From: a virus
Lineage: Duplodnaviria; Caudoviricetes
Length of the DNA: 64,000 bases
IMG/VR virus record: IMGVR_UViG_3300049182_000044
Location: 192,001 to 256,000 of that record
Direction: 5' to 3' (one strand)
The translations under genes were made by a program, and so were the position numbers. Within the stretch, counting starts at the first letter, position 1. Every line of letters begins with the position of its first letter. Of the stretch, positions 1-9,761 are shown piece after piece. The notes under the pieces are model-generated. The model saw nothing but the letters and a program-made list of their open reading frames with translations, made no database searches and was not told the DNA's origin.

Positions 1-375
1 GTCATCGGAAATCAAATTGATCCCGTTGTCCAACACCCAGCGATAGAGCGGAATGAACAGACCTCGACCACGATACTCTGGACGCATGAACAGCGTCGGG
101 TGGTAGAACTTCGGCTTGATACCGGTGCGCATCGTCTTCGGATCGAGCAACATGAAACCAACGAACTTGTCGGTCTTGCTCTCCACTAGATAAACACGAT
201 ATTTGCTCTTCGTGTGCTGCACCAGGATGTGCAACTCAGAAGTGTACCCAACAGCTCGCCAAACGCCTGTGCCCTGCTTATAGGCTTTCTCACCCAAATC
301 GAGCAGTCCCAGAAAATCCTCGTCGAGATGGCTCATGTCTCGAATTTCTGCACTAAGGCTGATCTTTATTTTCAT
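1..375 (-). CDS. GNAT-like acetyltransferase (runs off the window edge), starts MKIKISLSAE
   Basis: Not in the ORF track; hand translation is open for 125 codons to base 1, contains acetyl-CoA motif MRPEYRGRGLF; SD GGAG upstream. Confidence 0.7.
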   Translation of the reverse strand, partial: MKIKISLSAEIRDMSHLDEDFLGLLDLGEKAYKQGTGVWRAVGYTSELHILVQHTKSKYRVYLVESKTDKFVGFMLLDPKTMRTGIKPKFYHPTLFMRPEYRGRGLFIPLYRWVLDNGINLISDD

Positions 376-386
376 CACAAACTCCA

Positions 387-420
387 ATAGGGGACGTCCC
401 ATTTCTGAGGCGTCCCCTAT
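387..420 (-). terminator. Hairpin between genes, abutting the SD of the next gene
   Basis: ATAGGGGACG (387-396) / CGTCCCCTAT (411-420) perfect 10-bp inverted repeat; no long U-tract. Confidence 0.5.
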
Positions 421-425
421 CTAAA

Positions 426-2105
426 TTATCGGCGATCCTGCTTCTTCAGCAGCTTCGGAGAGCGCAGTCCAAGCTTGTCGATAAAGAACTCATTGATCAC
501 TTCGGGGTCGATGTACGAACCAATCGAAGTGCTCGGCTGAGGCTTATCACCAGAGCGATGGTGCAGACGATTTGCAATGTCAATCACCTGCTCTTTGAAC
601 CACTTCTCAACTTCAGTCTGCTTCGGCTGGTGAGACTTCTTGAAGGGCGACTTGGCGATAAACTCTTGAGCCATCTTCGTACCTTCAACCGCACGAAGGC
701 TATGGACACGCATCGGAGTGCCTACGTTGCTCTTGAAGTATGTACGAGCTGCACCGTCACCGATTGGCTTACCTTCAATCGAGAATACCAGATCGTCCTC
801 TCCCTTACCGTCGATCAGCTTCTGAACGATCTTCTGCACCTTCTTAGCTACTGTGCTGTTGATCTTGTACTGAGCGGACTGCGGTGTCAGTTTCTTACCG
901 GTGTAATCGAACTGAATATAGCCAGACTTGACGGCCATGTGGCTCACGCGAATCGTAGACATGCCGTATGTCGGCTCGCCCTTGGTCGAATTGCCTTTAC
1001 CGCCGATACGGGACGAAGTAGCCCACAGAAGCTCGAACATTGCAGCTAGAGCTTGAGTACGGAACTTCTTCGAGTCCAGATCCTTCACCCACTTGGCGCG
1101 ATACGTGTCTTCCTTCTCGATGAAGTCTTTAACGTCGCTGAAACGAGCTTTCTTCTTGCCTTTCAGGAACTCAACCGTGCGATACGTCACACGATGGTCA
1201 GTACCCTTCGCAGCATAAGTGTTGTCAGAATCCGGATCGTACTTTGGGTTCATCGCCACTGTGCCATACGGCTGCTTCTCCAGCTCACGACCTTCAGCGG
1301 TGAAGTAAGTTTGTTCGGCGGTGACTTGAATACCTGGGAAGCCTTTGACGAGGTTGTGCGGGATGCCCTTCTTGTCCAGATGCTTCTTAACTTCTTCAAG
1401 ATCGACCATCTTCTTACCGGATGCCCGAACGAAGTTGGTGATTTCACGATCACGAATCGCCTTCAGCTTCTTGTTGAGCGGGGCTATCTGCTCCATCAGC
1501 TTTTTCTTCTTTGGATCAGCAGCCAGTTCAGCACGTTCATCGTTGTTCTGATAGAAGCAGGTATCACGACCCGTGAGCTGCTTCATCACCTTGCGGATTT
1601 CAGTGGTGAGCTTGCTCAGATCGCCAGTGACTTCCTTGCCCTTCTTGTCAACCACAGGCTTTGCGTGGTCTTCGTCGAGCGTGAACGCAGCATGCAGCTT
1701 CGTGCTTTCGAGCATACTCACAGCCTTGTGAATACGCTTCCACGAAGTCGGCTTCGCGTCACGAAGGTTTGCGCCAATGTCTTTAATCAGGTTGTAGTAC
1801 TCAAAGCTGATCTTGTTATCCTGATTGATCTTTGGCATCGCGTCTTTCATTGCATAGCCCAATTCATCAGCGTGGTCTTCGCTCAGATCACCTTTGACCA
1901 CGAACGAGTTCATAGCTTTGGTGAACTCTTTACCAAAGCCGAACTTCTTGGCGAATGCGGATGCTTCCGATGCCCAGCCTTTAACATCGGCTTTGAACGA
2001 ATCCGTCTTCTCACCGTTGAGGTCAAGCAGCATAACGAGCATGACCGAGGCGAATGCTTCTGCCTCAGGATGCTTTGCTGCTGCGAGTGCAATATTAAGT
2101 TTCAT
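426..2105 (-). CDS. Type IB topoisomerase-like protein with long N-terminal extension
   Basis: Catalytic pentad pattern in C-terminal half: SSRIG (R), YTGKK (K), HSLRA (R), RLHH (H), GSYIDP (Y). Confidence 0.75.
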   Translation of the reverse strand: MKLNIALAAAKHPEAEAFASVMLVMLLDLNGEKTDSFKADVKGWASEASAFAKKFGFGKEFTKAMNSFVVKGDLSEDHADELGYAMKDAMPKINQDNKISFEYYNLIKDIGANLRDAKPTSWKRIHKAVSMLESTKLHAAFTLDEDHAKPVVDKKGKEVTGDLSKLTTEIRKVMKQLTGRDTCFYQNNDERAELAADPKKKKLMEQIAPLNKKLKAIRDREITNFVRASGKKMVDLEEVKKHLDKKGIPHNLVKGFPGIQVTAEQTYFTAEGRELEKQPYGTVAMNPKYDPDSDNTYAAKGTDHRVTYRTVEFLKGKKKARFSDVKDFIEKEDTYRAKWVKDLDSKKFRTQALAAMFELLWATSSRIGGKGNSTKGEPTYGMSTIRVSHMAVKSGYIQFDYTGKKLTPQSAQYKINSTVAKKVQKIVQKLIDGKGEDDLVFSIEGKPIGDGAARTYFKSNVGTPMRVHSLRAVEGTKMAQEFIAKSPFKKSHQPKQTEVEKWFKEQVIDIANRLHHRSGDKPQPSTSIGSYIDPEVINEFFIDKLGLRSPKLLKKQDRR

Positions 2106-2120
2106 TTTCTTTCCTGCTTC

Positions 2121-2909
2121 TTATCCAGTGATGTTTTCAGAAGATACCTGAATCGCATTAGAAGGAACTTGTCCGATGTAGAAATAACCAGCGGAACGGG
2201 CGGAACCCTGCATAAGGTCATTCTGCGTGAAGAACACATCGCCGTTCATGACCAGCTTCGAGGTCTCGAATTGCACGAGCGTATGACTAAGCAGGTCTGT
2301 CTTCGAGATCATCTGGTGATTTGCTCGGAACAGATGCTTGTGCAGATCAGCACGAGCTTCTTCCACAGTGAGATGCAGACGGTATGGCTTGTCATGCTCA
2401 ACTGCCGGAAGCCCTTCATGCAACATCGACGGCACCCATTCGTTAGGGGCCTCGAAGTAGAAGAACTCCGGAAGGAACTGATAAACCACAAAGTTCTGGT
2501 ACAGCTCTTTCTCAGCTGGGATCGTGCGCACTGAACCTTCGTTGTGAGTGTTCGTGTTCTTGCCCATCGGAACTTGCGGAACGCCAGACTCGTAAAATCG
2601 ACGCTCACGATAATGCGGCTCCAAACGAGACGGGGTGAACAGTGGTCCTTCAGGGTTCAGGAATTTCATGTACTCCTTAGGAACCTGCGTCCACACAATG
2701 TAGTCACCCCAGCGCTCTGCAAAGAATGTCTGCATCTCCTGGGTATCAGGAATTTGAAGGAAACCAAGGTAGTCAGCGAACTTAGATGAAGCGTACGGTT
2801 CGGTCATGCCCTTGATTTTCTGTAAGTCGATGTAGGAGATCAGCTTCTGAGCAATCTCAGGAGATAGTCCGAAGAACCCTACAGCCCGATCTATAATCGC
2901 CTGTAACAT
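2121..2909 (-). CDS. Hypothetical protein, C-terminus weakly Tpt1/KptA-like (ART fold)
   Basis: 262 aa in-line ORF; C-terminal ...FFTQND...GYFYIGQVPSNAI pattern; fold call weak. Confidence 0.55.
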   Translation of the reverse strand: MLQAIIDRAVGFFGLSPEIAQKLISYIDLQKIKGMTEPYASSKFADYLGFLQIPDTQEMQTFFAERWGDYIVWTQVPKEYMKFLNPEGPLFTPSRLEPHYRERRFYESGVPQVPMGKNTNTHNEGSVRTIPAEKELYQNFVVYQFLPEFFYFEAPNEWVPSMLHEGLPAVEHDKPYRLHLTVEEARADLHKHLFRANHQMISKTDLLSHTLVQFETSKLVMNGDVFFTQNDLMQGSARSAGYFYIGQVPSNAIQVSSENITG

Positions 2910-2923
2910 GGTTCGCCTTTCGA

Positions 2924-3187
2924 TTAGAGGTGACTGAAATCTTTCTTGGATGCTTGTTCGGCAACGTTATCCGCGATTTCGCGCATCTTGGCTTTGAAGG
3001 CCTTGTCGTCACCTTTAACCAGCATTTCAGCAACTTCGTTGCCAGTGTCACCGGCCAGTTCTTTCATCAGCAAGGAGAAGAATGCTTGACGCGGGGTGTG
3101 GTGCTTCTTGCCTTTGGATTCGGAGACCTGAACATCGCCTTTGATAGCGATAGGGCTAGTGCTGGAAGCAGTAACGATGGTTTTCAT
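2924..3187 (-). CDS. Hypothetical protein
   Basis: 87 aa, SD AAGGAAG upstream. Confidence 0.6.
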   Translation of the reverse strand: MKTIVTASSTSPIAIKGDVQVSESKGKKHHTPRQAFFSLLMKELAGDTGNEVAEMLVKGDDKAFKAKMREIADNVAEQASKKDFSHL

Positions 3188-3337
3188 GGAAATTCTTCCT
3201 TAACTGGATAGATTAGAGACGTAAGATGACACGCAAGACCTAGTTTTGCGTTATGTGGATAAATTACGATTTTTGAGTTTCGGCGAGGATGTTACGTGCC
3301 GATTTGACGCGCATTTCTGCGGTGTAGAAAGGTAAGG

Positions 3338-3371
3338 AAAGGGCGATACCCACTGAGGAATACCGCCCTTT
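3338..3371 (-). terminator. Intrinsic terminator after ligase
   Basis: AAAGGGCG...CGCCCTTT stem followed by a T-rich run on the minus strand. Confidence 0.6.
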
Positions 3372-3374
3372 GGA

Positions 3375-5423
3375 TTACAGCTTTTCGATACGTTTAGCGA
3401 ACTCACCACGTTGCATGGTGGCCACGCCCATCTTCTTGGCTTTCTCAATCTTCGCAAAGCTCTTCTGCGGATCATTGAAGACCAAAAGTGATGTGTCCTT
3501 CTTGACGCCTTCACCCATGGTACCGCCCTGCTCTTCGACCTTGGCCGCCCACTCAGGATCACGGAAGCCGGTGAACACAATGGTCTGACCGGAAAACGCA
3601 TCACCCTTAGCTTTGGCCTTTTTCTTCTCTTCTGGCATCTTAGCTTCGATGCCCAGCTTGTCGTAGAATTCCTTGAAGGCGGGGAATCGTTCAGCAAACT
3701 GTTTCGACAAGACGTTGGAGAAGCCTTCGATACCCATAGCCATATCCGTCAACTGTTTCTGACTGTACTTGCCCGTCATAAGTTTCGGGAAAGCCTTGAC
3801 CAGCGGGACTAGGCGTTTCTCACCAAGACCTTGTCCGAACTTACCGCTAGCTTCCATGAGGGCCGGGAGCGTAGCGTTCTTCAAAGCCGCATCCATGTTG
3901 TCGCGCATCTTCGAGGCCGTCTTATCCTGAATCCCCTCGATTGCAAGGAACTTGGATTTCTTGGCCTTAGCGATCTTGAAGATGTTGTCCAGGCCAGCAT
4001 CATACAGCTTCTGAATCATGCCCTGCTTGACGCCATCAACACCGAGCTTCGTGAAGAAGTAGGTAATGCGTTTCACCTTGTTCAGGTCCGTCTTGACCGA
4101 TTGCTTGATCTCGACTTTGTTCTTACCGTAGGTGTATTCTACTTCGGGCATCTGCGGGGTCTTCGCTGCCTTCAGTACCTGAACGATGTGTGGGATAACG
4201 TCACCTGAACGGGTAATCAAGATCTTCGCACCGGGGCCAATTGGCATGACCGGCATTCCCTTAGTGCGATCCTTGTAGCGATAACCGTGTTCGATGAAGT
4301 ACGCATTGTGTCCGGTTGCGAACGTCACAGTCACACCCGCAAGACGCACAGGCTCAATCTCAACACGCGGCTTCAAAGTACCGTGGCGTGATTCTTCCCA
4401 CACCACTTGCTTGACCTTGACTTCTACGATGTCTTCAGCTGCCGTTTCCTTGTAGGCTACAGCGTGATCGGGATTCGAGCCTTCCGCGAGAGGAACCTTC
4501 TTATCCAGAACAACTACGAGGCCGTCAATTGCACGCTTCGTCTTCTTCTTGCGTACTTTCAGGATTTTGCTCAACTGCTCAGGAGTCAGATCCTTGTACA
4601 CCTTGTACGGCACTACGTTGAAGCCCAACTTCTTCAGCAGCTTCAACTGATCGCTGGGCTTGCCACGAGGTGTGAGGACTTCGTACACAACCACATGGAC
4701 GTCCTTGACTGCTGGGTGAACGTCTTTGCGATTGGCCATGCCGGCCACCATGTTGCGAGCGTTCTCGAAGCCTTCCTTCTTGCCCAGCTTCTCTGTTGAC
4801 CACTTTGCCTTGAAGGTAGCTTCAGGCATAATGATCTCGCCGCGAATGTCGATAGCGATCTTCAACGTCTGCGGAATGTCGAGATGCGGAACCAAGTGGG
4901 AAATATCCTGGCCCTTCATACCGTCACCGCGAGTAAATGCCTTGGCGACCTGTTTCGGCAAGTAGTTCAACTGAATCGAAACACCGTCTTCCTTGTTGGA
5001 GACAACGTAGGGTCCCTCGTGATCCATCAACCACTGAACTGCGGTAGCAGGCTTGATCTTATCGAGAGAGCCCATATAATGCTTGAGCTTGACCTTCGGT
5101 GCCTTGCCTTTGCCTGCCTGTACTGGGGCACCGATTTGCTTCAGCACCTTGGATTTCGGATTCAGGCGCTTCAGTTCCGCAGTGAGTTCGTCGAATGTTT
5201 CATCGTCGATCTTCATCCTCGTCTTAGGCATGTGGAACTCTGCGTCCAACAGCTTAAACAAAGCCGGATACTCTTTCGAGATATTGATGTTCAGGAACTT
5301 ACCTTTGTTGTAGTAAGAATCTGCAGCCTGAGTCATCAACTCTTCTAACTGTTTGATAGCCTTGCCTGACGAGGACAGGCTTATCATTATTTTAGCCACT
5401 GGCTTTTTCCTTCGTTCTAGCAC
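3375..5423 (-). CDS. ligA: NAD-dependent DNA ligase
   Basis: KxDG motif (SNKEDG), RGDG, RGE, ARN..AG, OB domain, HhH repeats, C-terminal BRCT (VFTGFR..GGT). Confidence 0.95.
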   Translation of the reverse strand: MLERRKKPVAKIMISLSSSGKAIKQLEELMTQAADSYYNKGKFLNINISKEYPALFKLLDAEFHMPKTRMKIDDETFDELTAELKRLNPKSKVLKQIGAPVQAGKGKAPKVKLKHYMGSLDKIKPATAVQWLMDHEGPYVVSNKEDGVSIQLNYLPKQVAKAFTRGDGMKGQDISHLVPHLDIPQTLKIAIDIRGEIIMPEATFKAKWSTEKLGKKEGFENARNMVAGMANRKDVHPAVKDVHVVVYEVLTPRGKPSDQLKLLKKLGFNVVPYKVYKDLTPEQLSKILKVRKKKTKRAIDGLVVVLDKKVPLAEGSNPDHAVAYKETAAEDIVEVKVKQVVWEESRHGTLKPRVEIEPVRLAGVTVTFATGHNAYFIEHGYRYKDRTKGMPVMPIGPGAKILITRSGDVIPHIVQVLKAAKTPQMPEVEYTYGKNKVEIKQSVKTDLNKVKRITYFFTKLGVDGVKQGMIQKLYDAGLDNIFKIAKAKKSKFLAIEGIQDKTASKMRDNMDAALKNATLPALMEASGKFGQGLGEKRLVPLVKAFPKLMTGKYSQKQLTDMAMGIEGFSNVLSKQFAERFPAFKEFYDKLGIEAKMPEEKKKAKAKGDAFSGQTIVFTGFRDPEWAAKVEEQGGTMGEGVKKDTSLLVFNDPQKSFAKIEKAKKMGVATMQRGEFAKRIEKL

Positions 5424-5461
5424 GATTATTCCTTTATAGGGACATTTGTACTTATTTACAG

Positions 5462-5947
5462 TTACGGGTCGAGTTCCTGAATGGCTTGTTCACCGAACGT
5501 CAGCACGATGGGCTTGCCGCCTAGTGCACCATTGAGGACCTCCAGAGCCGCATAAGCGTCTTCAGTACTAACATCTTTCTTAACCGTGATGTGCGGACGA
5601 TACTCTGGGAAGTCAACGGTGTAGCCCAATTCACGCCAGTCTGCATGAAGCTTCTGAAGACCTGGGCTATCCAGTAGGCACACAAGATACGGCTTGCCGT
5701 TGTGACCATCCCATTTAACGAACTCTGAGATACGGGCGACGTACACGTTCTTGCTCTTCGCCTCGCCAGTTGCTTTGTTCAAGTTCTTGGAGTAGAGGAC
5801 GGTGCAGTGCAGATCGTCGTAGTTCGGTTCGAGGAAGTCAACGAGCTTGAACAGCTCTACCAACTTGTCGTGCGACAGTCCAAGAGGATAGACTGCCGCG
5901 TAAGTGCCATTCTCGAATCCAGCAGATAGACTGATTTGAATTTTCAC
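5462..5947 (-). CDS. 2H phosphoesterase, Acb1/T4 57B-like (anti-CBASS candidate)
   Basis: Two HxT motifs: DLHCTVLYS and DFPEYRPHITV; 161 aa. Confidence 0.8.
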   Translation of the reverse strand: MKIQISLSAGFENGTYAAVYPLGLSHDKLVELFKLVDFLEPNYDDLHCTVLYSKNLNKATGEAKSKNVYVARISEFVKWDGHNGKPYLVCLLDSPGLQKLHADWRELGYTVDFPEYRPHITVKKDVSTEDAYAALEVLNGALGGKPIVLTFGEQAIQELDP

Positions 5948-6141
5948 GATTTTCCTTTCTTGACCACGGTCTTCGTTTTCTTCTTCGGATCGAAGCCGAG
6001 CATACGTCGAACATCCTTAGGTGTACGCTCCAGCTCTTCGTCATCAGGATCATCATCAGTGAACTTCGTCCAGTCCACTGGCTTGCCACCCACCTTACCA
6101 AAGTGAGCATTCGGCAAATGTTTCTTCAGGTTGCTTGGCAT
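5944..6141 (-). CDS. Small hypothetical protein
   Basis: 65 aa, overlaps next gene start; DDEELERTPKDVRRMLGFDP segment. Confidence 0.6.
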   Translation of the reverse strand: MPSNLKKHLPNAHFGKVGGKPVDWTKFTDDDPDDEELERTPKDVRRMLGFDPKKKTKTVVKKGKS

Positions 6142-6150
6142 GATAGACCT

Positions 6151-6618
6151 TTACGTGCGATGAATGCTGTGAATGACAGCGTTCAGCCATTTAGGCATCG
6201 ACTGATGCAGAGCATGAATTTTTGGGATGCTGTCGAGCACCGGCCGGAAGTAAGCCGTGTCCGTCTTTTCTTCCGTATAGGAGACGCCACCATTCGGGCC
6301 AATGACTTGTGCGTTCAGGAGCGGAGCCGGTGACAGTTCCTCGTACTTCATTTTCGCCACGTTACGGAAGCCAAACAGGAGTTCAACTGTCCAGTCTGCA
6401 TCGACTGTGTGACGATACACCCAGACCTTACCTTCTTTGGTTTCCTGAGGGTAGACCTGATCACCACGATTCGAGTCTTTAGCGATCTTGCGAAGAGTCT
6501 CACGCAACGTCATAATCATTTCTTGCTGCTCTTGCGTGGTACGCAGACGGGCACCGGCCTCAGCACCAGCAGAAGGTTTCGGTGGACGGGTAGCACTCAG
6601 GCTTACTTTGATCTTCAT
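6151..6618 (-). CDS. Hypothetical protein starting MKIKVSLSAT
   Basis: Start moved to 6618, which gives an ATGA overlap with the upstream stop. Confidence 0.7.
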   Translation of the reverse strand: MKIKVSLSATRPPKPSAGAEAGARLRTTQEQQEMIMTLRETLRKIAKDSNRGDQVYPQETKEGKVWVYRHTVDADWTVELLFGFRNVAKMKYEELSPAPLLNAQVIGPNGGVSYTEEKTDTAYFRPVLDSIPKIHALHQSMPKWLNAVIHSIHRT

Positions 6619-7577
6619 GGCATTCTCCACTCTGCAAATACAGCTGGACTGATGTAGCTTTGCAGAGCAATTGTTGGGGTGTTACCGAGCTTGGCAGCAA
6701 CCTTCTTGGCCACCGCGAGCACCATCTTGCGGTACTCTTTCTCGTTCGCCGGTTTCTTTTCGGACTTACGCACTTCGTCCAGTGCGGTGGCGGTACCCAA
6801 ATGAGTCCGGAAGTCCTTGGTCTTGAAATGCCCACCATCGAGTGTATGGGTATAATCAAGCAACTTCTTCTCGTTCAAATTCGGGAACAGCTTTCCGTCC
6901 GGGCCGGCTTCCTTGGCACGACGTTTCAGCATGTTGATCGCATCTTTGTCATCGACCTCGATATTGAGATCAACACCCTTCTTGCCAGTGAAGCGCAGGA
7001 AGACCTTGCCGTCCTCGATCACAACATGCTCGCCTTTCAGATTGGAAGCGCCGTATGCTTTCTTTTCAGCACCGGTGTCTGCGTCTGATCCTGGACGAAG
7101 GCCGGTCTTCATAATCAGCATCATGCAATCAGCACAGTCCTTCTTACGCGGAGTCTTAGAACGTCGTGCCTTCTCGTTCTGTTCGTGAATCGCATCGAAC
7201 TCTTCAGCGAGTGCTTGTACACGAAGGAACTTGGCTTCAGCCTGAGTCTTCATGAAGGCATCCGAATAGATCGGTTGCAGACGTCCTTTTGCATCACGCC
7301 CGGTAACGAGCAGGTCAGCATTCGGATCGGGATTGATACGCACATCACTCCAGCCGGGTGGAATGCCCAGCTTCTGGATGTGCTCAGGCAGCGGAGAACC
7401 ATCTGCCATCACGCGCTTCCCATCCACGACTTGCGTTTCATGTTCAGGACGAGCTGCGCGACGGCTCTTAGCGTACTTGGAGTTAGGATGTTCCGTAACG
7501 TACTTATCCTGCTCTTCTTTGGTCAACTCCTCAAACCAATTCTCGTTTTCTTTTGAAAGTGCGATTTGGATTTTCAT
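6615..7577 (-). CDS. Bacterial-type DNA topoisomerase IB
   Basis: IPPGW, GRDAKGRLQPIYS, TGLRPG, FTGKKG, KDFRT, KLGNT, QSYISP motifs. Confidence 0.92.
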   Translation of the reverse strand: MKIQIALSKENENWFEELTKEEQDKYVTEHPNSKYAKSRRAARPEHETQVVDGKRVMADGSPLPEHIQKLGIPPGWSDVRINPDPNADLLVTGRDAKGRLQPIYSDAFMKTQAEAKFLRVQALAEEFDAIHEQNEKARRSKTPRKKDCADCMMLIMKTGLRPGSDADTGAEKKAYGASNLKGEHVVIEDGKVFLRFTGKKGVDLNIEVDDKDAINMLKRRAKEAGPDGKLFPNLNEKKLLDYTHTLDGGHFKTKDFRTHLGTATALDEVRKSEKKPANEKEYRKMVLAVAKKVAAKLGNTPTIALQSYISPAVFAEWRMP

Positions 7578-8128
7578 AATTCGTATTCTTGTAAGCTCAA
7601 AACTCTAACGACCTCAATAGGGCTTTCAGAATAAGCGATAACTTCCTTCTGACCTAGGTAGGCATTAGCCATCTCGTCTAGTTTAGCAACCATACGATTA
7701 CCCGGCAATCGTTTTTTAACAAACGGAAGCACGCGCTTTACTACCCAGCTACCATTCACGACTTCATGCACACGGTCTTCGACCTTCATAACGTAGCAGC
7801 ATTCATAGCCATCAAGAGCACCTATCGAATCCGCTAAGTCTCTCCAGAATGCTTTTCCCGTACCGAACGTAAAACTCAAAACACGATTCGACTCAAGCGT
7901 CATCTTTTCAGGAAGAGGTGTATAGGAACCTATTACTCGGTACAGAGGCTTGTCAATCGGCACGTATGGAACGCTGTCAACTAGTGGCTTGAGGATTTTC
8001 TGCACTTCCACAGGATGTCTATAGCGCTCGTCTAGTCTGTATGACCCTTCAAAGAAGGAAGACAGCCAATCGCAAGCTCTATCTAAAGCGATATCTTGTG
8101 AGGAACTTAAACTGATTTTGATCTTCAT
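7574..8128 (-). CDS. Putative ADP-ribosyltransferase-fold protein (R-S-E type)
   Basis: LYR...SFT...QKEV motif order. Confidence 0.55.
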   Translation of the reverse strand: MKIKISLSSSQDIALDRACDWLSSFFEGSYRLDERYRHPVEVQKILKPLVDSVPYVPIDKPLYRVIGSYTPLPEKMTLESNRVLSFTFGTGKAFWRDLADSIGALDGYECCYVMKVEDRVHEVVNGSWVVKRVLPFVKKRLPGNRMVAKLDEMANAYLGQKEVIAYSESPIEVVRVLSLQEYEL

Positions 8129-9265
8129 TTAGAAACCCTGTTTTGCTATCAATTCTTCTTTGCCGAAACTTGTGTAGTAGTCGGTAGCCGACATCCACAC
8201 TTCCTTTTCCTGCGCTTGCGTTGTCTTGATCTTGAACGTGTCCACCAGCTTCGAGAAGTCCAAAACGAAATCAGCTGGTCGCAGTTCTTTCTTGAATACC
8301 GCAATCGCCTCACCGGACTCCAAGTCCTTCACCGCGTTCAACGCAATGTGTGGATCAAGAGAATACGGAAGTTGTTTGCCTTTGCGTCCATCGAAGCCAT
8401 TCACGCGACCTTTGAGGCGACCTGACCGATCAAACTTCTTCAAGTCCTCTTCGGTCATAATGACAGCGCGATAGATACTCTTAACCCTGGGTGGTGAGCG
8501 GAACTTGTCTGCCAGTTCGTGCTTGGTAATCCTCGTCATCGAGGCGGTAACGTCACCGAACATATCGAGATACGTCTGCACATCGGATTCAAAGTTCTCG
8601 TCGAAGTCGGGAACCAAGGTTGCTGCCACCGCGTCCATCGGCACCTTGTACTTTGCAAACAGCTTGTGCAAGTAATCGTCCTGAGCTTTCGTTAAGGTCT
8701 TACCTTTGCTCAACTGTTCGCCAATGTTCTTCACGAACTTGGTATCGTAGTCATTGAACTTTGTATGGTGCATCTTCCACAGGAAGCGTGTTCGTGGGTA
8801 CAACGTCTTCGGGTCTTTCGAGACGTATGCCTGCTCCTTCGTGTATGGAACGTGTTCTTTGACAGGCATCGCATACCGATACTTCGCTGCGTTCTCAAAC
8901 TCAGCTGGCTCGATGTGGATGGTCTTCAACGTGCGTCCTGTACCTGCAAGGCGTTGCTCGATTTCCGGCAGCTTGTGATACGGGCTAGTGACGAACACCA
9001 ACACGTTACCCAAACGCAGACGACGCAGTTTCTCCGGTTGCCAATCCCAGCCTACAAAAGACTGTTTCGACAAGTAAGCAATGTCTCCGCCGTTATCGCT
9101 ATCTCGTTCCTGATGCGGGACAAGGATGTACGAATCAGATGGGTAATCAATGCCCCAAGCGACGGGTACCTTGAATACGTGAATCAGACGCTCCTTCTCA
9201 GGTACCCAATAGAAGAAGTCCGGCTTATTCTGTGGCGCAGAAGCTAGCGCAACTTTGATTTTCAT
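8129..9265 (-). CDS. Multi-domain protein with C-terminal ART-like domain
   Basis: Start 9265 (MKIKVALASA, ATGA overlap); C-terminal IYR...YSLDPHIA...EKEV. Confidence 0.55.
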   Translation of the reverse strand: MKIKVALASAPQNKPDFFYWVPEKERLIHVFKVPVAWGIDYPSDSYILVPHQERDSDNGGDIAYLSKQSFVGWDWQPEKLRRLRLGNVLVFVTSPYHKLPEIEQRLAGTGRTLKTIHIEPAEFENAAKYRYAMPVKEHVPYTKEQAYVSKDPKTLYPRTRFLWKMHHTKFNDYDTKFVKNIGEQLSKGKTLTKAQDDYLHKLFAKYKVPMDAVAATLVPDFDENFESDVQTYLDMFGDVTASMTRITKHELADKFRSPPRVKSIYRAVIMTEEDLKKFDRSGRLKGRVNGFDGRKGKQLPYSLDPHIALNAVKDLESGEAIAVFKKELRPADFVLDFSKLVDTFKIKTTQAQEKEVWMSATDYYTSFGKEELIAKQGF

Positions 9266-9759
9266 GGTGTTCTCCAAAGAGGCCCTGGGATGAAATGTCC
9301 CGATTGAGCTATTACACCGTTGCTCAAATGACCTTCTAGTTCTTTGCCGATGTCTTGTACTTTGTAGGGTGGGAAGAACAGGTGAACCAACACCTCAACG
9401 TCACCACGTACTGCACGAATAGCCTTTACACGATTGAGCCCTTCGTAATCTCGGACCTTTGCATCGTCCCAGATCGGCTTCATTTCGTTGCTCTTCAGTT
9501 CAATGTCGATCCAAGGGCTCGCAATGGCGTCACCCTTTTCAATACTCTCACGATAGAACTCTTCAGTGAGCGTCTCCTTGTTATCGACAGGGAGAACCAG
9601 TTCGATGAAAGTATTGGCCTTCATCAGCACGGTCAGACCAACCGCAGCTTCCTTATTGCGTTGGGTCGTACCGTAGCCAGCTTCCTGATCGTAGCGAATG
9701 CCATACACGAAGGCTTCTTTCGACAACGAGGTAGAGAATAATGGAATTTTGATCTTCAT
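9262..9759 (-). CDS. ParB/Srx-like protein, paralogue 1
   Basis: GDAIASPW...YEGLNRVKAI; clear similarity to the neighbour. Confidence 0.6.
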   Translation of the reverse strand: MKIKIPLFSTSLSKEAFVYGIRYDQEAGYGTTQRNKEAAVGLTVLMKANTFIELVLPVDNKETLTEEFYRESIEKGDAIASPWIDIELKSNEMKPIWDDAKVRDYEGLNRVKAIRAVRGDVEVLVHLFFPPYKVQDIGKELEGHLSNGVIAQSGHFIPGPLWRTP

Positions 9760-9761
9760 GA

